Below, in pieces: positions 15,054 through 23,697 of a stretch of 32,000 nucleotides of DNA; position 1 is the stretch's first letter, and each line of letters opens with the position of its first letter. The translations under genes were made by a program, and so were the position numbers. This stretch comes from Ktedonobacterales bacterium. Lineage in GTDB: Bacteria; Chloroflexota; Ktedonobacteria; Ktedonobacterales; JADMIN01. The notes below the pieces were generated by a model. The model was given only the letters and a program-made list of their open reading frames with translations. It searched no databases and was not told where the DNA came from. The stretch is from the NCBI GenBank assembly GCA_030167145.1, contig CP126532.1, positions 180,001 through 212,000 of the forward strand, in the 5' to 3' direction.

Positions 15054-15671
15054 ATGAGCACCGTCGTCGCTCCCGCCCAGACGCACGAAGAAAACAAACC
15101 GCAGAGCCGTAGCATCGGCTGGTATGGCATGGTCTTCTTCATCTCATCTGAGGCCGTATTCTTCGCCAACCTCATCGCAGTCTATCTCTATCTGCTTGTC
15201 CGCGCAGGACAGTGGCCACCCAAAGGTACACCAGCGAGCGCTGAGCTTGACATCCCGCTCGCCGTCGTCAACACGATTATCCTGCTCTCCAGCAGCATCC
15301 CCATGCACTACGCTGGGCGCTCCATCGCTCGCGGCAATAAGCGTGGCCTCACCATCGGCCTGATCCTCACGATCATTCTGGGCGCCACCTTCATCAGCAT
15401 CCAGCTCTATGAATATGTGAACAACGCCTTTGGCCCAAGCACCGGCGTTTTCGGCTCCGTCTTCTACACGCTCACCGGCTTCCACGGCGCACACGTCACC
15501 GTCGGTCTGCTCTTCCTCACCGTCTGTTTCGTGCGCTCGCTGCGCGGCGACTTCTCCAAAGATCACCACTTCGCGGTTCAAGCCGCCGAGATGTACTGGC
15601 ACTTCGTAGACTTCGTCTGGGTCTTCATCGTATCCCTGGTATACTTCCTTCCGCTGGCCCTCGCGCACTAG
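15054..15671 (+). CDS. ctaE: Cytochrome c oxidase subunit III
   Basis: Five-TM short-form subunit III with FYTLTGFHGAHVTVG and YWHFVDFVWVF motifs. RBS GGAAGAGGA. Confidence 0.92.
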   Translation: MSTVVAPAQTHEENKPQSRSIGWYGMVFFISSEAVFFANLIAVYLYLLVRAGQWPPKGTPASAELDIPLAVVNTIILLSSSIPMHYAGRSIARGNKRGLTIGLILTIILGATFISIQLYEYVNNAFGPSTGVFGSVFYTLTGFHGAHVTVGLLFLTVCFVRSLRGDFSKDHHFAVQAAEMYWHFVDFVWVFIVSLVYFLPLALAH

Positions 15672-15761
15672 GATAAGGTATACTAATCCCACGTCCGCAT
15701 CCGCAAGCGGGATATTTCGTCTCGCTTGCTGCGGCTACGGATCGAGGAAAGTTGGCCGCGC

Positions 15762-16172
15762 ATGGAAGACGAGTTCAGACAAGACGACTCTTCTGCCGGT
15801 CCACTCACTCTGGAGCGTCCGGATTCCATAGACAGCAGGTTGCGTTGCGCCATCTGCGAACGTCGGCTTGGCAATGCGCTATTCTTCGTCGAGGAGACCG
15901 GTGATGTTCCGGAGCCACGTGGCTCCTGGGTGCTCTGTGCCGCCTGCAACGATGCCGTCCACGAACAGATGGAGCGCGCTCAGGTTCGGTCGCCACTGCG
16001 CCTACGAATCGCTATCGGCGTCGTCGCCTCCGACCGCACACCCAAAGCGCGCCGCGAACATTTTGGTCAGCTTACCGACGATGGCTGGGCAAAGCTGCTC
16101 ATCTGGCTCTTCCCGCTCACCATGCTCGTCCATTTGGCCATCATCGTCGCCATCGCCGGCTTGATCAAATAA
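15762..16172 (+). CDS. Hypothetical zinc-ribbon protein with C-terminal TM anchor
   Basis: CAIC ... CAAC (CxxC-N27-CxxC) followed by a hydrophobic C-terminus LLIWLFPLTMLVHLAIIVAIAGLI. Start uncertain (ATG 15762 or TTG 15726). Confidence 0.5.
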   Translation: MEDEFRQDDSSAGPLTLERPDSIDSRLRCAICERRLGNALFFVEETGDVPEPRGSWVLCAACNDAVHEQMERAQVRSPLRLRIAIGVVASDRTPKARREHFGQLTDDGWAKLLIWLFPLTMLVHLAIIVAIAGLIK

Positions 16173-16190
16173 TCATACACCGAGGCATCT

Positions 16191-16655
16191 ATGCGCGAAA
16201 CCGCGCCAAACAGCGCAACAGTCATCCAGGATTCAACCCCCGCCAACCAGCAACGCCGTTCCACCATCACGCGCATAGCGCTTCTCGTGGTCGGTGATGC
16301 GCTTTCATTCTTGGTCTTTGCCACCGTCGGCAGAGATACCCATAGCGAAGCTGCCGGCATCACAGCACTGGGTCGGACCATCTGGACCGCCTTCCCATTC
16401 GCCCTCGGCTGGTTCATTGTCTCCCCGTGGCTGGGCGCATTCGCACGCAAACATACGGGCACCGTCGGCAAGATGCTCTTCCGTACTGAAATCGCCTGGG
16501 TCTGCGCCTGGCCGGTCGCCCTTGTTCTTCGCTTTTGGCTTTCCGCTGACCATAAGATGCCCCTGTCATTCGCCATCGTCATCTTGCTTGCCAACGCGCT
16601 CTTCCTCGGCCTCTGGCGCAGCACATTCGCCTACATCACTCGCACCAAATCCTAA
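16191..16655 (+). CDS. DUF3054-like integral membrane protein
   Basis: Four predicted TMs. The motif GDALSFLVFATVGRDTHSE matches my recollection of the DUF3054 signature (GR..H). Confidence 0.55.
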   Translation: MRETAPNSATVIQDSTPANQQRRSTITRIALLVVGDALSFLVFATVGRDTHSEAAGITALGRTIWTAFPFALGWFIVSPWLGAFARKHTGTVGKMLFRTEIAWVCAWPVALVLRFWLSADHKMPLSFAIVILLANALFLGLWRSTFAYITRTKS

Positions 16656-16678
16656 GTCACCGCCACTCTCCTTGAATA

Positions 16679-16687
16679 TGCTAAAAT
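16679..16687 (+). promoter_or_regulatory. Candidate extended -10 promoter (TGcTAAAAT) for the small-ORF/radical-SAM pair
   Basis: tgctaaaat fits TGnTAnnnT and lies 59 nt upstream of ATG 16746. The ORF-track ATG at 16686 sits inside this element and is rejected as a start. Confidence 0.35.
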
Positions 16688-16745
16688 GACAGCCGTTGTG
16701 CCGCCGACGCGGGGCCTGTGTTGTGTGTCGTTGAGGAGACGCCCT

Positions 16746-17045
16746 ATGCAGCACTTCAAGGCGTTCACGAGCGCGATCTGTCAAGACGATCTCGGTCAGC
16801 TAGAGCGCATGATAAATGAATGGCTTGAAAACGAGCACCCCCACATTCACTACATGGCGCAATCAACCTTTGATCAGCATCTCGTGATAACGTTCGTCTA
16901 CGCGAAACGGCCCGAGCATGCAACAGCAGTCGCCACCGCGGAAGCAGAGGTTCCCGAAGTCTTCGAGCGCACCCTTGAACACGCCGACCTCGATCCATCT
17001 GGCCGCGTCCATGTGCCACTGCCACAGGTGGAGCTTCCGTACTAA
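16746..17045 (+). CDS. Small hypothetical protein (99 aa), translationally coupled to the radical SAM gene
   Basis: RBS GAGGAGA before ATG 16746. Compact N-terminal alpha/beta-looking domain (LERMINEWLENEHPHIHYMAQS...LVITFVYAKR) plus an acidic tail. The stop TAA abuts ATG 17046. Confidence 0.6.
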   Translation: MQHFKAFTSAICQDDLGQLERMINEWLENEHPHIHYMAQSTFDQHLVITFVYAKRPEHATAVATAEAEVPEVFERTLEHADLDPSGRVHVPLPQVELPY

Positions 17046-18335
17046 ATGAGCAACGACCAATCCGCCCCCTACGTCATCTATAGCACCCAAACCGGAGAGA
17101 TCGGCGAGCATCGGCATCTACGCGCCATAGACTTCACTGGGGTGCCACTCTCGCCTGCCGATCTCATCCCCCTGCCCGAAGGCACGACACTCTCCATGTT
17201 GCCTCAGCGGCTGGCCGTCGGACTCAACGTGGCGGACCAGCGCACTGCTGTCAGTTCAACACGTGGCTGGGCGTTGGCTGGATTGCTGCCCATCGGCTAC
17301 ACGCGAACCCACCTCCCCAGCTATGAAAAGACGCCCGAAACCGCCCCGCTGCCGTTCTTCGGCTACACTGCCATCGCAGGCTGGCACGGACGCCTCTACG
17401 CCGCCGCCATCCGCACCGACTCCCCAACCCACTGGCTTCCTTCCGCCTACGACCATCATCGCCTGGAGCGGCTGGTGCGCGAACGCCTCACCGCCGAGCC
17501 AGAGAACCGCATCCTCCAACAGCACGCCCACTGCGCGTTGGACTACCACTGCCCTACCGCCAGCAACATATTCCTTCGCCGCTGGGAAGGCGCTATCGCC
17601 GTCTCCCCTGGCTGCAACGCACGTTGCGTCGGCTGCATCTCCAAGCAAGATGAAGACAACCTTGTCTCACCACAAGATCGCCTTCGTTTTGTGCCCACCA
17701 TGCAGGAAGTTGTAGATGTCGCCGTCACCCATCTTGAACATGCCCCCGACGCAATTCTCAGCTTCGGCCAGGGTTGCGAAGGAGAACCACTCCTACAGGC
17801 AAGGCTTATCGAACAGGCAATCCTCCAAATACGCGAACGCACCGCATCAGGAACACTTAATATCAACACCAACGCCAGCAATCCCCGCTCACTCAAACGG
17901 ATCTACGATGCCGGCCTTGATAGCCTACGCGCCAGCACCATTTCCGCGCGGCGAGAAACCTACGACGCCTACTATCGCCCTATTGGCTACACCTTCGACG
18001 ACGTGAAGCAATCACTCATCGTGGCCCGCGAAGCTGGCGTCTATAGTTCCATCAATCTCCTCTGTTTCCCAGGGTTAATAGATTGCGAAGACGAGATTGA
18101 GGCATTGGTCGCCTTCCTTCGCGAAACGGGTGTGCGCCTCGTCCAGTTGCGCAATCTCAACATAGATCCAGAGGTATTGCTCCCTCGCATACCCAAACCC
18201 CACGGCAAGCCACTTGGCATACGCATGCTCATTGACACGCTTCGCCGCGAGGTTCCCGAAGTAGCCATCGGCAACTTCAGTCGCCCGGTCCAGCGCGCAT
18301 CGGCGCACGCCCAAGCAGACGCTGCGCCGCGATGA
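17046..18335 (+). CDS. Radical SAM enzyme with uncharacterised ~185-aa N-terminal domain
   Basis: CxxxCxxC cluster motif SPGCNARCVGCIS, a GGE-like SAM motif FGQGCEGEPLL, and TIM-barrel-type pattern (NINTNASN, INLLCFPG, VQLRNLN). No SPASM/twitch Cys cluster is seen at the C-terminus. Confidence 0.85.
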   Translation: MSNDQSAPYVIYSTQTGEIGEHRHLRAIDFTGVPLSPADLIPLPEGTTLSMLPQRLAVGLNVADQRTAVSSTRGWALAGLLPIGYTRTHLPSYEKTPETAPLPFFGYTAIAGWHGRLYAAAIRTDSPTHWLPSAYDHHRLERLVRERLTAEPENRILQQHAHCALDYHCPTASNIFLRRWEGAIAVSPGCNARCVGCISKQDEDNLVSPQDRLRFVPTMQEVVDVAVTHLEHAPDAILSFGQGCEGEPLLQARLIEQAILQIRERTASGTLNINTNASNPRSLKRIYDAGLDSLRASTISARRETYDAYYRPIGYTFDDVKQSLIVAREAGVYSSINLLCFPGLIDCEDEIEALVAFLRETGVRLVQLRNLNIDPEVLLPRIPKPHGKPLGIRMLIDTLRREVPEVAIGNFSRPVQRASAHAQADAAPR

Positions 18336-19449
18336 ATACCCGCTCTACCGTCAACTCAGTCAGGCATGAGCGCGGTGGACATCCTTGCGGTGTTCCAAGG
18401 CTGTGTCCGACATAAAAGCACGGACTGCATGCCAACTCGTCACGTCTGACCACCACCGCTGAGCCTGGCGTTGTCGGCGTATATGGTCCCCAGGCCCTTG
18501 CATTCGATGGCCCGAAGATAGCCACCATTGGCACGCGGGCTGCCACCGCGAGATGCATGGGAAAAGAATCGTTCCCCACAAACAGATCGCACGCCGCAAG
18601 CACGCCAGCCAGCTCTCGCGGAATAGACGGCGTCACCAGTCGCATCCAGTCGGGCCGTCCCGCACACGACAGCACATCTTCCGCTGAATCATGGTCATCG
18701 CCACCAGCAAGTACGAGTACCTGTGCCTCGTATTCCTCATGCACCATCTTCGCCAGCTCGGCATACCACCGCGCAGGCCAGCGTCTTGCCACGCTGTATG
18801 TCCCGCTGCCCGGATGCAAAGCGATAGTTATCGGCTGGTTTTCGACAATCGTCCGCTCTTCTGTCTGCGGCCAGCCGAGATCTGTTAGTCGCAGGTCGCC
18901 ACCATCGTCATGGAACGACGCATCAACCGCATGGGCGATGTCAAGCATATACTCAGCTTCATGGCGTGCGCCGAATCCAAAATCAGGGACACGGAGGCTT
19001 AGAAAGCCGCCTCGCCCGTTGTCCAGCCCAACACTGAAGCGCGGCGCAATTGCTCGCACTAATCCCGCATATTTCAGCGGCGCAGCGCTCAGGGTCAGAT
19101 GGTGCATCAGCAGCACGGCATCATAACGCGTTGTCCGCAACCTGCCCACCATTGCCAACACCTTAGAAGCGGCTTCGATTTGCTGCGGCCCCCATCCATC
19201 GGTTGCAAACGCATCGCGATCAAAGACATACGTGTGGTCAACCAGTGGCGACTCACCAACCAATACCGCTGAGGAGGGAACCGTCAGCAGATCAATCCGC
19301 CCCTCAGGATAACGCCTCCGCAGTGTGCGGAGCGCAGGCATAGCCAGCAACACATCACCCAACGAGGCGAGCTTGATTACGAGGATACGCGGCGCCGTAC
19401 CCAACGAGACCGGCGCTGGCGCATCAGGAATGCGGCGCTGAGATGGCAT
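18277..19449 (-). CDS. Glycosyltransferase family 9 (heptosyltransferase-like)
   Basis: N-terminal RILVIKLASLGDVLLAMPALRTLRRRYP motif, C-terminal GNDSFPMHLAVA and a Cys-rich CSPC...C...C tail typical of GT9. Start is ATG 19449 (GAGGGA 8 nt upstream) or 19455. Overlaps the end of the upstream GT9 gene. Confidence 0.85.
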   Translation of the reverse strand: MPSQRRIPDAPAPVSLGTAPRILVIKLASLGDVLLAMPALRTLRRRYPEGRIDLLTVPSSAVLVGESPLVDHTYVFDRDAFATDGWGPQQIEAASKVLAMVGRLRTTRYDAVLLMHHLTLSAAPLKYAGLVRAIAPRFSVGLDNGRGGFLSLRVPDFGFGARHEAEYMLDIAHAVDASFHDDGGDLRLTDLGWPQTEERTIVENQPITIALHPGSGTYSVARRWPARWYAELAKMVHEEYEAQVLVLAGGDDHDSAEDVLSCAGRPDWMRLVTPSIPRELAGVLAACDLFVGNDSFPMHLAVAARVPMVAIFGPSNARAWGPYTPTTPGSAVVVRRDELACSPCFYVGHSLGTPQGCPPRSCLTELTVERVFIAAQRLLGRAPMRAGPGD

Positions 19450-20785
19450 GAACATCGTCCCTCGCCTGTGCTGGCAACTCCCACCCATTTCGGCGGAGTT
19501 GTCGTCGCGCCGCCGCGAAGACCATGGCAGGCGCGATTCCTTTCATGCAAACGGGATTCCCAAAGCGGCATTCTGCCGTCGCACTCGCATCATAGCAGGG
19601 CGAACACCAGAGGTCGCGGCGCAGCACAATCGCATCAGGCGCAGTCGGGCCACTCAGAGCAGGATCAGTTGGCCCGTGCAGCGCAACCACGGGCGTTTTG
19701 ACAGCGCACGCAATATGCATTGGGCCGCTATCGCCGGTGATCAGCAAATCGCTCGCGGCCAACAATGCTGCCAGTTCCAGCAAATTCGTCTTCCCCACGA
19801 GATTGAGCACATGCTCCCGCGCGCCATACTCGACCGCATTCGCCAGCGGCAATTCTCCCGGTGCCCCAGTAAGCACGACCAGCGCATCCAGATCGCCCAC
19901 CAGCGAATCAATTAACTCCGAGAAATAGGTGTGTGGCCAGCGCTTTGCTTGTCCATTCCGCGCGCCAGCGTGGATCGCTATGATTGGCCCCTCCACGCTC
20001 AGCCGGGAGCGCCCCGCCCGCAACAATTCCGCCACATGCGCCGACGCCAAGGGCACCACATTCAGGTGCAGATGCTCATCCCCTGGGACCACGATACCAC
20101 CCGCCGCTCGCGCCAAGTCCAGCACATACTGGGTTTCATGCTGACGCTTCCGATAGCGCCCTCCGGGCAGTGCATCGGTGAGCATGAATCTGTACGCCTC
20201 GCCGCCATATCCGACACGCCGTCGTGCGCCGCTCAAACGCGTGAGAATACTGCCAATATCGCCAGATACACTAATCGCGAGATCATACCTGGCGGCGCGC
20301 AGCGTGCTCAAGAATGTACGGATGCTACGCCAAGTCTTTGGACTGGCAAGAGCCAGCGGGCTGCGCCAAAGATATGGATCGAAGGTGAGGACATGATCGA
20401 GATCCGTTTCTCCGGAGAGAATGCCAGCCGACGAACCGAGTACAAGCATGTCAATGCGCGCACTTGGATAAGCTCGCCGCAGCGCACGGACAGCGGGCAG
20501 CGACAATACGACATCACCAAGCAAATCCACCCGCACAACCAATATCCGCTGCATCTCAGTTGAACCAGCACGAAGTTCTGGCCCCAGGCGCGGAGTGCGC
20601 GTAACAAAGCCGACCACCCCAATCACGACACGCAAACATCGCTGAACAACACGCTTGATCCGCGTCTCCACATTCTTCCGCTGCCGCGCTTCAAACGAGG
20701 GCCTCACATCATACGCCAGCACGTCATCGCGTGGAACGTTCAAATGAGGCGAGCTTACAGCCCTCACCTTGTCAGAGAGATTCAC
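19424..20785 (-). CDS. Glycosyltransferase family 9 (heptosyltransferase-like), paralog with N-terminal extension
   Basis: RILVVRVDLLGDVVLSLPAVRALRRAYP, GDSGPMHIACA, and a CSPC...C...C tail. GTG 20785 is the longest start; ATG 20554 is a shorter alternative. Confidence 0.8.
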   Translation of the reverse strand: MNLSDKVRAVSSPHLNVPRDDVLAYDVRPSFEARQRKNVETRIKRVVQRCLRVVIGVVGFVTRTPRLGPELRAGSTEMQRILVVRVDLLGDVVLSLPAVRALRRAYPSARIDMLVLGSSAGILSGETDLDHVLTFDPYLWRSPLALASPKTWRSIRTFLSTLRAARYDLAISVSGDIGSILTRLSGARRRVGYGGEAYRFMLTDALPGGRYRKRQHETQYVLDLARAAGGIVVPGDEHLHLNVVPLASAHVAELLRAGRSRLSVEGPIIAIHAGARNGQAKRWPHTYFSELIDSLVGDLDALVVLTGAPGELPLANAVEYGAREHVLNLVGKTNLLELAALLAASDLLITGDSGPMHIACAVKTPVVALHGPTDPALSGPTAPDAIVLRRDLWCSPCYDASATAECRFGNPVCMKGIAPAMVFAAARRQLRRNGWELPAQARDDVHAISAPHS

Positions 20786-20848
20786 ATCGTCACCGCTTCA
20801 TAACCGTTGATTGCCCAGATACCCCTTCTAGCAAAGGACATCCAGTCG

Positions 20849-20857
20849 AGTATAACA
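20849..20857 (-). promoter_or_regulatory. Candidate extended -10 promoter (TGtTATACT on the minus strand) upstream of the GT9 pair
   Basis: The reverse complement reads tgttatact, 64 nt upstream of GTG 20785, in the AT-richer 147-bp gap between the GT4 and GT9 genes. It sits inside a 7-bp inverted repeat (agtataa/ttatact). Confidence 0.3.
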
Positions 20858-20932
20858 CGCACGAGACGGAAGGCTACTTTATACTGCAACGTACGCATGA
20901 GCGCGCCCGCCACACTACTTCCTGCGGCATGT

Positions 20933-21931
20933 TCATGGACAAAGTGATACACATATATCCTCGATCCGCTGCGCAAACCCATCCCACGTGTATGCTTGCG
21001 CGACCTCGCGCCCACGTTGTCCTAGTTGCGCGCAGAGCGCATCACTGTCAAGCAGTTCGTAGAAACGAGCAAGAAACTGCTCTTGGTTCCTTACAAGGAA
21101 GCCTGTCTCTCCGTCGTGTACCAGCTCCTGCAATCCACCTTCAGCAGATGCAAGCACCGGTTTCGCCGCAGCCATCGCCTCCAAAGCCGCCAGGCCGAAC
21201 TCCTCAGCATAAGGTAGAAAGACGAGACAACGGCACCCAACATACATCGTCGCCAGCGCCTCGCCCTCCAATGGTCCCGCAAACCGCACCCGTGGCCCAG
21301 CAACTTGTCGCAGGTGCTGCGTATACTGCGCTTCTCCATCGCCAACGAGCACCAAATCCATGGGAACATCAGCAGACCACGCCAACATCCGTTCGATCCC
21401 TTTTTCAGGCGCCAACCGGCCTACATACAACATGTACGTCCCAGACGAGACGGGATGCGAAAAATACCGAGTGGCCACACCCGGCGGAACAACCTCCGGC
21501 GCCCTGCCGTAGACCTGTGCTGCAGCCGCTGCGGTAAACTGACTGTTGGTAAGGAATGCCGCCGCCTTGGATACGGCAGCGCGGTCAAATATGCGCCGAA
21601 CGATGAGGTCTGGACGCCGCGAATCACTCAAGTAGGGCGCGCGCATGGAATGAAGATAACAGATCGTCCGAGGATGGTGGAGTGCAAGCAAGTTGGAACC
21701 GAATGTCTGCGAGATGACCACATCTGCGTCTGGGGAGCGTACAAGCCACTCAACACTTCCCAACTCTTTGCGGTTAAAGGCGCGTAAGCCAGCGAACGTT
21801 TTTTCGGCTGCGTAATGGCCAGCCCAAAGCGCAACCTCGTGCCTGCACTCCAGGCGGCGCAGCAATTCCAATGTCGCTCGCTCGCCGCCTCCAAATGTAC
21901 TCAGGCGAGAGTGCGCTACAACAATGCGCAT
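20933..21931 (-). CDS. Glycosyltransferase family 4 (GT-B, retaining type)
   Basis: MRIVVAHSRLSTFGGGERATLEL N-terminus and the C-terminal EEFGLAALEAMAAAKPVLAS...G.ELV motif characteristic of GT4. ATG 21931 is preferred over TTG 21985. Confidence 0.85.
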   Translation of the reverse strand: MRIVVAHSRLSTFGGGERATLELLRRLECRHEVALWAGHYAAEKTFAGLRAFNRKELGSVEWLVRSPDADVVISQTFGSNLLALHHPRTICYLHSMRAPYLSDSRRPDLIVRRIFDRAAVSKAAAFLTNSQFTAAAAAQVYGRAPEVVPPGVATRYFSHPVSSGTYMLYVGRLAPEKGIERMLAWSADVPMDLVLVGDGEAQYTQHLRQVAGPRVRFAGPLEGEALATMYVGCRCLVFLPYAEEFGLAALEAMAAAKPVLASAEGGLQELVHDGETGFLVRNQEQFLARFYELLDSDALCAQLGQRGREVAQAYTWDGFAQRIEDICVSLCP

Positions 21932-21969
21932 GATATGGCTCACAAGGATAGTAATATGCGCTCGTAGAC

Positions 21970-23094
21970 TCAACTGGGAGCACAAACGCGCCCTGGCATT
22001 CCTACACCAGTACCAGCGGTGCTTCCATTGTCCTCACTACACGAGCCAGTTTGTTCGCCACGCTGGTGCGAACCAGTCCCACTGCCAGACGATCCGGTAG
22101 CACCCGTGGCCGTTGTACCACTAGTGCCCGAACTGCTGGCGCCAGTTCCAGTCGAACCACTTGACGCGCCCGACCCAAGTTGGGTGGAACTGCCCACGCC
22201 GACCGATGGCGTACCGATGCCTGTAGGAGTAGCCGCAGCAGTGGGCATGACAGGTGCAGCAGGCAATACACTAGAGGTGGGGAGCGAAAGTGCATTCGCC
22301 TGGATTGCTTGCTGCTGACTATGCGCGACCGATATCAAAGACTGAGCAAGCACTACTTCACCACGACGCTGAGCAGCGCCAAGCGCGTCGTTTTCAGCTC
22401 GTAGTGTCTGCGACAGCACGCCACTGACACCAGATATGTCCTCGTGCTTCGTCTTCATAACCACTGTAAGGTGGATGAGATCGTGCATTGTCGCATCTAA
22501 CTCTGACGTCAGCACTTGTACCTCGGCAGAATCGCCAACTGCCGCCGCCGCCTCTGCCTCAGCAAGTCTCCGCCGGGCTAAAGACCCAAGAACCTCACCA
22601 CGTTGGCTGTCCGAAAATGCGGTGGTGAGCTGAATCCACTCTTCACCTCGTTTCAGACCATAGAGCGGTGAGCCTGGTAGCGCAGAAGCCGCAGCCAGCG
22701 AAGCGCCCCAACCAGCAGTGGCAAGTATAAATAGTGCCGCAATGGCCAGCGCCGGACGCGACAATCGGCGTGCGCGGCGGCCGAGCGGAGCGCGTGTCCA
22801 ATTGCGGGTGCCTTGCACCCACCATTTCAGCCACGAACGTGGTGCGTCACTTTGACGTCCAATCACAATATCGCCAAGCATCGCATGCGTAAGACGGTCG
22901 CGTACGCGCTCTCTGGCGCCTTCTATCTCATGTTCAGAGAGGTGTATCTGCCTGATCGCGCCAACAAGACACACATCACACGTCACATCCGAACGCTCAT
23001 CCTCTCTGCTGTCTAGTAGCTCTTCTATGTATGTCGCCTGGCCTTCATCTAAAGCATGAAGATATTGTTCGAGAAGGTGCTCTTTACCGGTCAC
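21970..23094 (-). CDS. Putative membrane-spanning anti-sigma factor with DUF5667-like ectodomain and Ser/Gly/Thr-rich C-terminal tail
   Basis: Directly downstream of, and overlapping, the ECF sigma gene. N-terminal cytoplasmic segment with CDVC, a TM (ALAIAALFILATAGWGASLAAA), and the LPGSPLYGLKRGEEWIQL motif. The tail is about 90 aa of G/S/T ending in two Cys. GTG 23094 has RBS GAGGAG 7 nt upstream. Confidence 0.7.
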   Translation of the reverse strand: MTGKEHLLEQYLHALDEGQATYIEELLDSREDERSDVTCDVCLVGAIRQIHLSEHEIEGARERVRDRLTHAMLGDIVIGRQSDAPRSWLKWWVQGTRNWTRAPLGRRARRLSRPALAIAALFILATAGWGASLAAASALPGSPLYGLKRGEEWIQLTTAFSDSQRGEVLGSLARRRLAEAEAAAAVGDSAEVQVLTSELDATMHDLIHLTVVMKTKHEDISGVSGVLSQTLRAENDALGAAQRRGEVVLAQSLISVAHSQQQAIQANALSLPTSSVLPAAPVMPTAAATPTGIGTPSVGVGSSTQLGSGASSGSTGTGASSSGTSGTTATGATGSSGSGTGSHQRGEQTGSCSEDNGSTAGTGVGMPGRVCAPS

Positions 23095-23662
23095 GTGCGC
23101 GCTCCTCTCTGCCAATCGAAAGGGTTCGACGCAGTGCCTCAATTGCGCGGAATTGCATCCCTCGCACAGTTCCCTCTTGTTTTCCCATGATGTCACCTAC
23201 CTCACGCGCCGACAGTCCCTCGACAAATCGGAGCAGCACGACTTCACGCTGCTCGGCCGTCAACGCCTGTAATGCCTGATGCAACTCGGCAACAGTCAAC
23301 CGCCATTCAACCATATGCTCGGTGCCGGGCGATTCGTCTTCGCACGCTACGCTAGCACCAATATCATCGAGCGATACAGATTCACGCTGCCGCCGATAGC
23401 GATCTACAATGGCATTATGAGCGAGTTTAAAGAGCCAGCCAGCAAACGACGCATCATGCTTAGGCGAAAAACGGTCAATACTGCGCCAGGCGCTCAAAAA
23501 GATGGAGCCTGTCAAATCTTCCGCATCGGTCGCATTCCCCACCCGGAAACGCACATAGCGATAGACCCGGTCGAAGTACAAGCTGTACAACTGACCAAAC
23601 GCCTCTGCATCACGTTGAATTGAACGTGTGACGAGTGCGGCTTCGGGGTCATGTATAGGCAA
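23084..23662 (-). CDS. ECF-type RNA polymerase sigma factor (sigma-70 family, group 4)
   Basis: Region 2 (FGQLYSLYFDRVYRYVRFRVGNATDAEDLTGSIFLSAW) and the region 4 HTH (LTAEQREVVLLRFVEGLSAREVGDIMGKQEGTVRGMQFRAIEALR). TTG start at 23662. Confidence 0.9.
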   Translation of the reverse strand: MPIHDPEAALVTRSIQRDAEAFGQLYSLYFDRVYRYVRFRVGNATDAEDLTGSIFLSAWRSIDRFSPKHDASFAGWLFKLAHNAIVDRYRRQRESVSLDDIGASVACEDESPGTEHMVEWRLTVAELHQALQALTAEQREVVLLRFVEGLSAREVGDIMGKQEGTVRGMQFRAIEALRRTLSIGREERARDR

Positions 23663-23697
23663 GGTTGGATCCGCTCTCTCTAGAAACGCCAGGTAAC

